NCBI GenBank assembly: GCA_964016885.1 | Contig: OZ024742.1 | Coordinates: 363,134,001 to 363,198,000 of the forward strand | Direction of reading: 5' to 3' | DNA length: 64,000 bases | DNA from: Eledone cirrhosa | Taxonomy: Eukaryota | Shown: positions 54,570-64,000 of the stretch, piece by piece | Layout of the letters: every line of letters starts with the position of its first letter | Numbering within the stretch: position 1 is the stretch's first letter | Translations under genes and position numbers: made by a program | Notes under the pieces: model-generated | Database searches by the model: none | What the model saw: only the letters and a program-made list of their open reading frames with translations | What the model was told of the DNA's origin: nothing

Positions 54570-55767
54570 ATTATCTGTCTGTATGTCTGACTGTCTGCAT
54601 TACGTCAGCAATACTAAGCTTAGCTAAGGTGGTTATATATTTCACACAACACTAAACATGAAAGCCGGTAACTATGTATTAGTCAGTCTCTTCTTCATAC
54701 CGTGAGCAAAGAAAATCTAACTTTTAGTGGAGCGAGTGAAATAAAGTCGACCCTGTTGCGATTCAAAACTCAGGTTTGCAGGTTATATATTTCACACAAC
54801 ACTAAAAATTAAAGCCGGTAAAAACATCGCTGTCATAGCTTCAGTTTGTTTACTTATGTGCCTTTACGAGAACAAAAAGTTACTATTTTACCGCTTAGTA
54901 TTGTAGAGAAGCACCGAACCGACTGTTTTCAAACTTTACACATGTAATACATGCGTTTCTGGGAGTGTTCTGAGCAAAAAGAAATTTCAAATGTTCAATG
55001 CCCTAGGGACCGCATTAGGCGATTTAGCGATCTCTCTCTCTTAGTCTTTCTCTTTTTTAGATAGATACATACATATAACGTCGCGCCCTTATAATATCTG
55101 TCTGTATGTCTGGGGTCTGCATTACGTCACTTTCCTGAGGATGTCTGTCTGTGTGTGTGTGTGAGTTTGAATCCCTAAAACTCGAGAAGTACCCAACAGA
55201 TTTTATTCAAACTTTACATGTATATGACTTATTTTTCAGGTAGTGTTATGCACATAAAAAATTCAACTTTTTTTTTTATCTCCTAGGGCCCGCATTAAGT
55301 GAAAAACTGCGTTTTTTAACATTTTTAGGTTTTTTTTTTTAGGTGTTACGTCACACCGATTTCCTTGAAATTGTGACTATGTATTAGTCAGTCTCTTCTT
55401 CATACCGCAAGCAAAGAAAATCCAACTTTCGTATGGCCTAGGACCCGCATTAGGTGAAAAACTTCATTTTTTCAGCATCTTAGTGCTTTTTGGAGGCGTT
55501 ACGTCTAGCCGATTTTCCCGAAATTTCAAGGCATATTATGCACATAAAAAAAATTCATTTTCTTGATGCCCTAGGGCCCGCATTAGGTGAAAACCTACAT
55601 TTTTCCTGTTTTATCGAGGAAAATCTTAAAGATTATCCAGCCATCAGAGTATTCGGTTTGTATTCTTTACATATTGTCCAGGCATGCAGTTTTTCCATGA
55701 TTAGATCTGTTGGCGGCCCGCGTTCCAAAAGACCTTATCCCGTGCAATGCCGGGTATCACTGCTAGT
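54570..55767 (+). mobile_element. Non-autonomous Helitron-like element(s)
   Basis: 3' hairpin cccgtgcaatgccggg followed by CTAG-T (55763-55767); tctgtctgtatgtctg start motif twice; repeated cctagggcccgcattaggtga. Confidence 0.7.
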
Positions 55768-56249
55768 AGTTTATAAAATAACAAGTCACTTTGATGCTAT
55801 TTATTTCGCATACTTACTTCCAATTAACGCCATATAAATGTAAGAAATACCATTTTAAATATTATATAACATTTTATAATCCAACCTTCTTATTTTATGA
55901 ATTAAATCTGTTGATATTTAGACTGCATTATCAAATATAAAAACTCTAATGAACACCAGAGTTAAGATAAAATCCTTAGATACATATTCTAGTCGGGAAT
56001 AGATGAAACGGTTTATCGTGTCTCATACAGTAATTTCTATTCGGTAATATTTTGTTGAAACCTTCTTTGTTTTATTTTGAGAATAAAAGAGTAGACAATA
56101 TAATTTACTATGAACTAATAATAATACCACTCTCAATGTGAAACATCATATTTTCTTTCATAACTAACCTCAAGCAAGTAAACCCGACAAGTCATGTGCT
56201 GATGTCCGAGATATTTTGACGTAAACAAACGAAACAGTGGTTTCTGATA

Positions 56250-56640
56250 ATAGACCCCATGTGAGATATTGGTAAGCGAAAAAATACCTTTTCTCAAGTG
56301 AAACATGATTGACAAGTGAGCAAGTACCTGGCCTCAAGTGAGATTGGGTTGACAAGTGAAAATGTATCTGCTCTCAGTTAAGAAACGATTGGTGACAAAT
56401 GAGGAAGAATCTCTCGCAAGTATGAAATGAATGTCCTTAAGGGAGAAACGATTACTCCAAGCTAGAAAATCTACCTTCAATTGACAAAGGATTGTTCGCC
56501 TAAAGAGGAAGAACTGACCTCAAACGTAAAATATCTGACCTTAAATCAGAAAGGACTGCACTTATGTGAGAAAGGATTGATCATAAAGCAGAAAGGTCTC
56601 TTCATAAAGAAATTTACCCACAAGTAGGAGAGCATTCAAT
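56250..56640. repeat. Degenerate ~20-bp minisatellite
   Basis: Recurring caagtgag(a)aa..tgac/cct units. Confidence 0.6.
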
Positions 56641-57490
56641 GTTAAAAACAGTGAATCTTTTAGGTTTCATTATATTGTTCCAGCATCATTACACTTTTCC
56701 TTGCGAAGTGTATCTTTGTCAAATTTAATCAACAGCGAATACATGTGTTGTTGTTGTGTCTCCGTCATTTCAGTTGACGAGTATTCAAGTTGATTCGATT
56801 GTAGGAACCGCATTCTTATGAAATTAATGGCCAAGTGGATGAACATTAGGTAGACATATAAAGCCTTAATGTATTTCTTGGGGAGTTTTAATGGTACACT
56901 GACTATAACAAAAGAGGCACTGGTAATTACTGGTACAACGAAATGTTGCCATTTTAAGTGGAGTAACGAGAATAAAGTGTCTTGCTCAAGAATAAGTTGA
57001 ACCGCTTGGAATCCACCTCACGACCTCGCCATCGTGAGCGGATTATTCTGACCACAAACTTCATGTAACGAATGGATACACATACGTAATATACAATATA
57101 TTCATTATTCCATACTCTTAGATATGTTTATTCTGTAAATAACCGATATATATATATATATAAAAGTGGAAATATATATACAAGTGGAAATCGAAGCATT
57201 GGCTGCGGCCAAGCAAAATCGGCCTACAATTAGGAATGAGTAGCAAAGCACTCAATAAGGGTAGGCCCCTAGAGTAATAACATACGTTTAGATAGCTTGA
57301 CAAATTGAAAATTGCTGGAGGCAAAACGCAACCATACAATACCAAAACAACGAAAAAGCTAATCAGGTTAGACAACAGACCTGGACAAATCGAACGATAT
57401 TCTGCAATACGTCCGATATGTTTCTATGGATCCGAAATCATCAATCCAACTTACGTAATACGTAAGCTTGTGCATTCAATGATCGAACAG

Positions 57491-57521
<31 letters not shown>

Positions 57522-57749
57522 CTATTATAAACATGGCGTCGATAGAAGAACTGTTTCTTTCGCATGAAATGATTATACGAATCAAGTAGTTTTGGTTATA
57601 TAAAATCTATTCAATAATGTTCAGGCTTTACTAATGTATTGAGTACCTTATTTACTGAGATTACCCCATATTTAGCACGGGATCTACGCACGCGCACACA
57701 CTTACACACACAAACACACACATATATATTATATATATATATATATATA

Positions 57750-57872
57750 TAAAGGAAAAAGTATGACCCCTGGGGTCATACTTTTTCCTATTTCCCACAC
57801 TACTACCCTAAGTATTGAGTACTCTGGTACGTTATGGTCCATTTGGTTCCTTACCACAATTCCTTTGTTATA
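57750..57872 (+). mobile_element. Family F minimal fold-back (18-bp arms plus tail)
   Basis: aggaaaaagtatgacccc t ggggtcatactttttcct followed by the family tail. Confidence 0.8.
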
Positions 57873-57881
57873 TATATATAT

Positions 57882-58236
57882 ATATCACAGAAAAGAGAGA
57901 ATCAGTGTTGCGACGAATGGAATTTATTGGACATATTACAATCGTTTCTCTGGCGACCATCTCGAGGCACGATCGATGCGATGATCGAACCTGACTCTGA
58001 AAATCGCAAGGTCCTCAGATACGTTTTGATTCTACGAAGCAGATTTTCCTAGTAAATCATCGCATCGATCGTGCCTCGAAATGGTCGCCAGGGAAACGAT
58101 TGTAATATGTCCAATAAATTCCATTCGTCGCAACACTGATTCTCTTTTTTTCTGTGATATCATATTCTGCTCTGTGAGAGCATCGGGTGCTTATACAGCC
58201 TACCGCATACGGACGCCTTAAGCATCCAACACCAAT
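57882..58236 (+). mobile_element. TA-flanked fold-back (arms 57882-57985 and 58056-58161, plus tail)
   Basis: Inverted arms; 3' half of a hammerhead (GAAA cgattg TA) followed by AATAAA. Confidence 0.8.
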
Positions 58237-58273
<37 letters not shown>

Positions 58274-58660
58274 TGCAGTCCACTTTAGGAAGCATGTGGT
58301 GGGTGATCAATAGACCCACGGGTAGAATGAGTCGGTGACATGCTCAATCTGTCAAATTGTCTGCAAGACAGCTACAGGCCCCAAGAGACATACGCGTTGA
58401 TGGAATAAACACGCATAGATTTTTTTTATTTGAAACGAAAAAAAAAAAAAAGGTGAACATTGATTTGTCGTTGTTCGAGGCGAGAGAATCCTTCATATGA
58501 ATATATTAAAATATATGTGACATTTACTAACAGATTGTGAATAACAATTTTCGAAATCTCATTCCGGTATGTGTATAAAATGTTGACAACATAGACTTAT
58601 TACAACACAAACATGTTAACGATAATTAAATAAAAACTAATCATGCAGTGAGCAACGTGA

Positions 58661-58698
<38 letters not shown>

Positions 58699-58795
58699 AA
58701 ATTGGTCTTCGGAAATGTCAGTGCTTGTTACAGAATGTGAATATTGATTATTATTACATATTTCTATATTTATATATTTTGCTTAATAGTTTTAC

Positions 58796-58888
58796 CTCGA
58801 TGTTGGTATAAAGAGCCGTATGATCTAAGGTTATTAGCTGAATGCCTACATCCTGTAAATATATGCTTGCTAATCCGCTTTGCGTGAG
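58796..58888 (-). other. Candidate 93-nt frame-preserving host exon
   Basis: tattctcttccttttgcAG acceptor, gag|GTaaaa donor, non-repetitive, open in two frames (LTQSGLASIYLQDVGIQLITLDHTALYTNIE in phase 0). Confidence 0.35.
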
Positions 58889-59547
58889 CTGCAAAAGGAA
58901 GAGAATATAGACATGTAGATCTAACTACTATGGTAATATAGAGATTCCTACTGAAGATCTCATCGATTAGCAACTGAAAACCAAACATACAAAACAAAAA
59001 AAATTCAAAATGTCGACTCAATGACAATAACAATGACAACAACAATATCAAGATATGTACGCTGCTATTTTCATTGATGCATTGTTGTTGTTGTTAGCAT
59101 GTTGCTGGAGCTGTTCGAAGGAAGGAGTGGAATTAATGAAGGGAAATACATATTACAGCCATTTCTTCATTTAATCGAAACAGTATGTCAATGTGGACTT
59201 GTAACATAGTTTTTGTAGTAGACTTTCATTCACAGACAGAGAGAGAGAGGGGAGTGACGTAGAGATGGAGAGAGGGAGAGGAAGGGAGGGAGAGAGGGAG
59301 AGAGAGAGGGGGAGAGAGGGAGAGGGAGAGAGGGAGATAGAGATGGAGGAACGAGAGAGTGAGAGGAAGAGAGAGTGAGGGAAGAGAGAGGGATGAATGG
59401 AAGAGAAAGAGAGAAATGGGTTATATAATAAGATATCTACTCGGTCTACAAGTTCATTTTATATATATATATATGGGTACACACACACATATATATATAC
59501 ATACATATATATATTTATATGATATATATATATATATATGTATGTAA

Positions 59548-59578
<31 letters not shown>

Positions 59579-59580
<2 letters not shown>

Positions 59581-59935
59581 AAGAAAAAGAGATGAAATCG
59601 AAAATGCAACTGGAGTCTTACTTTTTAAAAAAATATATATATTTATTTGGTTCCTTTACCGGTTTCGCAGTTCTTCTGCTTTTCAAAAGGTGAGTTGAGA
59701 TGGAGGGTCTGTGGTTTTTCGCACATCTCAGATGTGAGAAAAACCACAGACCCTCCATCTCAACTCACCTTTTGAAAAGAGAAGAACTGCGAAACCGGTA
59801 AAGGACCCAAATAAATATATATATTTAAAAAAAAAATAAGACTCCAGTTGCATTTTCGATTTCATCTCTTTTTCTTTATACTTTCACTCGTGTAGGACAC
59901 CTCGGTTATTTTTCATCTTGTAAAAAAACCCTCAC

Positions 59936-59941
<6 letters not shown>
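59579..59941 (+). mobile_element. 300-bp near-perfect palindrome plus tail, with hammerhead-like motif
   Basis: Arms 59579-59728 and 59730-59878; cctt-TTGAAAA-g(c)agaagaactgc-GAAA-ccgg-TA-aagg, then AATAAA. Confidence 0.82.
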
Positions 59942-60033
<92 letters not shown>

Positions 60034-60376
60034 CATACATACATACATATATATATATATTTATATATATATATATGTAAACATATATATATATATGTGT
60101 CTTTACACACGGCATAAGACAAAATCGATTCCTTCCTCATTCACTCTCATCCGGGAACAGATTTGTATGGCGTCAGCTTGTGATTTGAACTCGGGAATTT
60201 TATATTCTCCGAGCGAGAAGAACCTCCTTCTGACGAGAATCCCTTTCTCAATGGTCATCCGTTCGGATTATCCATTTATTTTGGGATTTGAAACCGCGCG
60301 ATAAAGGTACATATAGTAAGTACAACGAACTTTTTAAAATTTATTTAAAAACTTTTTCTGTATTTGCTAAACCTTG

Positions 60377-60425
<49 letters not shown>

Positions 60426-60439
60426 AGAGAGAGAGAGAA

Positions 60440-60513
<74 letters not shown>

Positions 60514-60734
60514 AGACAGAGAGTTATATATTAACAAAACTAAATTTGTCCATGTTTGTCTTTCATATATCTATGCATGACAATGCATTCAATGTGACAC
60601 ATCAAGGAATCACACACACACTCACACATCTACCCGCCTCATACATAGATATATGTACAATGAAAGCTCCCTTGCTTCTCTGATTGGATAATATATTTTT
60701 ACATTTCTATATAATTGAATTCTTCTTATTCCTG

Positions 60735-61140
60735 TGAGAGTCGTCGGGGCAGTCATCAAACACTCATTCCAACGGCCGAATTAGGGTTCTTCCAAAGGGT
60801 CCTTTGGGTAACATTAGTCGACAGAATGCGTAGCTCGGAGATCAGTAAGTCACTCCAGGTAGAACCGCTACTTCTCCGAATTGAGGGATCACAGCTGGGT
60901 ATGTGGTTAAAATGTGACGGGAAAGAAGCGCTGGAGAGACTTTACGGCCCAAAACCAACTGGCAGGACACCCAGGGGTAGATTCCGATCAAGATGACTGG
61001 ATAACATCCATGAGCTTGGCTGGTCTCGCTTGGTGGGGAACCAGCAGGTTCAGTTGGAGACGGTTGCTTCTGACAGGATCTGCTGGAGGGGGGGGGTTTG
61101 GTCTCTGCCCCCACAACCCTGTCAGGAATATGTGGGCGGA
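60735..61140 (+). mobile_element. RTE-like LINE 3' fragment with expanded (GAA/GGA)n tail to ~61670
   Basis: ELGFFQRVLWVTLVDRMRSSEI..PTGRTPRGR; purine-rich tail. Confidence 0.75.
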
Positions 61141-61772
61141 GAAGAAGGAGAAGAAGAAGAAGAAGAAGGAGGAAGAGGGGGAAGGGGAGGACGAGGAGAA
61201 GAAGAGGGAGTAGGGGAGAAGGAGTGGAAGGAGGAGGGGGTAGAAGAAGAAGAAGAAGAAGAAGAAGGCGGAGGAGAGGGGAGGAGGAGGAGAGGGAGTA
61301 GAAGAGGAAGAAGTTGGAGGAAGGGAAGAAGAAGAAGAAGAAGAAGGAAGGGGAGGAGGAGGAGGGGAGGGAGTAGAAGAAGAAGAAGAAGAAGAAGAAG
61401 AAGAAGAAGAAGAAGAAGAAGAAGGAATGGAAGAAGAAGAAGGAGAAGAAGAAGGAAGGGGGTAGGAGGAGGAGAGGGAGCATAAGAAAAAGAAGAAGAG
61501 GAGGGGGAAGAAGGAGGAGAAGGAGGAGGGGGTAGAAAAAGAAGAAGACGAAGGAGGAGGGGGATGAGGAGGAAGGGGAGTAGAAGAAAAGAAGAAGGAG
61601 GAGGGGAGGAGGATAAGAAGAAGGAGGAGGGGAGTAGAAGAAGACGAAGAAGTAGAAGAAAAAGAAGACATTGTCAAGGTGATTATTGATGTGGTCATTA
61701 TAGTTGTTCATTAATTATGTACCATTAATTAAGCTCATTATAATTGTTTACTAAGTACAAACATTATTATGA

Positions 61773-62143
61773 ATGGATTGGCAGTATCGGGAGAGGATCC
61801 GACGCCATGCTTTGACGCGTAGAGTTACGGCCCTTGCCATTCTGAATTCAAATCCCGCCGAGGTTAACTTTGCTTTTCATCCTTACGGGGTCGATAAAAT
61901 AAAGTACCAGTAATACACTGGGGTAATTGCTGGCCTTGTGCCTAAAGAAGAAACAATTATTATGAATTTCTCCATATATTTGTTGTGACATTTGTCAACA
62001 TTATATCTTGTATAGAGTAACATGTTAATATAATAATTGTTTCTACGTTAGGTACAAGGCCAGCAAATACACAGTGTATTACTGGTACTTTATTTTATCG
62101 ACCCCGTAAGGATGAAAGGCAAAGTTAACCTCGGCGGGATTTG
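61773..62143. mobile_element. Inverted SINE pair (61773-61961 +, 62032-62143 -)
   Basis: Both match the SINE family; tail-to-tail, ~70 bp apart. Confidence 0.85.
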
Positions 62144-62167
62144 TTAATATGATAATGTACCTTAATG

Positions 62168-62595
62168 TGACCACCACCACTACCACCACCACCAACACAA
62201 TCATCACAACAACACCACCATCCCCACCATCACCCCCATCATCCCCACTAACACCACCACTAATACAACCACCAACAACGCCAACATCCCCCACCATCCC
62301 CACCATCACCCCCACTGTCCCCACCATCCCCACCATCACCCCCCACCATCCCCACCATCCCCCCACCATCCCCACCATCACCCCCACCATCCCCACCATC
62401 ACCCCCACCATCCCCACCATCACCCCCACCATCCCCACCATCACCCCACCATCCCCACCATCACCCCCACCATCCCCGCCATCACCCCACCATCCCCACC
62501 ATCACCCCCACCACCCCCACCATCACCCCACCATCACCCCCACCATCCCCACCATCCCCACCATCCCACCCACCATCCCTACCATCATCCCCGCC
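62168..62595. repeat. (CCA)-rich minisatellite with ~21-bp ccccaccatccccaccatcac unit
   Basis: Direct inspection. Confidence 0.9.
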
Positions 62596-62761
62596 ATTAA
62601 TGACATGTGTAACTGTCGATGTCTTTCTCAATCATCAAACACCAGAACTGATGAAAACAGGAAATGAAGGAGAAAGAAGAAAAGAAACAATAAAAGAACA
62701 GAAAATAGAAAACCTGGCAATGAAATAATAGAGCTGTGGCTTTTTAATTTATTTCAGATTT

Positions 62762-62842
<81 letters not shown>

Positions 62843-64000
62843 CTCTCCCTCTCTCTGTCTCTTACTCTCTCTCTCCATCTCTCTCTATCTATCTATCTCT
62901 CCCTCTCTCTGTCTCTTACTCTCTCTCTCCATCTCTCTCTATCTCTCTATCTGTCTGTTTGTCTCTCTCTCTGTCTCTCACTCTCTTTCTCTGTCTGTCT
63001 CTCTCTTTCTCTCTCTATCTCCGTCCTCCCCCTTACTTTCTGTCCCCCTCTCTCTAACACCACCACCCCACCTCTCTCACACCACCCCCTCTCACCCCAC
63101 CGACTCCCTCACCCCACCAACTCTCTCTCCCACCATCTCTCTCGCCCACCCTCTCTCTATAGCTTTTTCCAATCTCATTTTTGTATGTTTTCTTTTAACT
63201 TTAAACGAGACAACGAACGAACTCAACTAACGCCATCTTGTGAAAGGTGAAGAAAACATGATGATAAGGGGAGACAATCATCACATAACATAATATAACA
63301 AACAGGAAATTAGTTCATTAGTTGCATTGAAGCAAGAGAGCGCAAGTGTTACAAAGTGCATAGCATCGTTTTATTGGGTATGGTTGATTATATTTGATGA
63401 GAGAGAGGCTAGAACTGTAGAGGAGTTGAGAGGGGAAAGAGGGATTTAAGTGACAACGCATGCGTGGTCCGGTAACTCCAGATGGAGTCGTAGGGGCGTT
63501 CTATCGAGATATGGCGTTACTAGGACATGTTTGAAACCTGGCGGAGTCCATCTCCCCTAAAGGTCTGGATACAACAGATTTCTTCCGTAGAGAGATAGGA
63601 AGTGAAAGAAAGGAAATGAGATGACATAGAGAGGAAGATTCAACCCCAATGCATGACTGATACTTTTTCGTCGCCCTCGAATGGGTGAGAGTCAAATTTT
63701 ACCTTAATGAAGTCAGAGAACAGAAAGCCAAATCGAATCCTGCAAATCATTCTCTCGGACGTCCTAACGATCTAACAATTCGCCATCTTTAGCTGTCAGA
63801 TCATTATTTAGAGTGCGATACACGTTCACTAATCTATTTATTTATATATCTATTGTAATGATTGCCCTATGTATATATATATATATATATATATCACTTC
63901 ATTTCTGTAACAGTGACACCCATACGCAGTGTTTGCGTAAGGTTTTGCATATGCACACATAAACAGGCGCAATCATATGTATATATACATACATACTTAC

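Noticed and set aside
56250-56640. CRISPR-like repeat/spacer array
   Set aside because: Eukaryotic context; degenerate tandem units without unique spacers
60842-62667. Long Phe/Ser/Arg/Pro-Thr-rich ORFs
   Set aside because: Low-complexity GAA/GGA and CCA repeats, not genes

Overview
AT-rich, microsatellite-saturated animal genomic DNA, probably cephalopod (octopus-like, inferred from the tRNA-derived SINE family and repeat landscape). No multi-exon host gene is recognisable. One candidate 93-nt exon and one candidate recursive (AG|GT) splice site, both on the minus strand, suggest the window may lie inside a very long intron. Mobile DNA dominates: (1) Penelope-like elements (PLEs), comprising a near full-length Hydra-clade-like copy with pLTRs, a decayed inverted relative and a 5'-truncated Naiad-like copy; (2) a 14.7-kb (AAT)n-nested cluster of Tx1/L1-clade (minus) and R4/Dong-like (plus) LINEs; (3) RTE fragments, about 10 SINEs, MITEs and a Helitron-like end. 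The most striking pattern is about 12 short non-coding fold-back inserts in (TA)n, from many apparently unrelated families, that share one architecture. Two arms diverge head-to-head, one ending at a family-fixed breakpoint and the other carrying an extra tail. Most carry a minimal type I hammerhead ribozyme followed by AATAAA, and a shared T(T/C)GAG(T/C)(A/G)C-like motif lies in the tail. All coordinates and pairings were read by eye.
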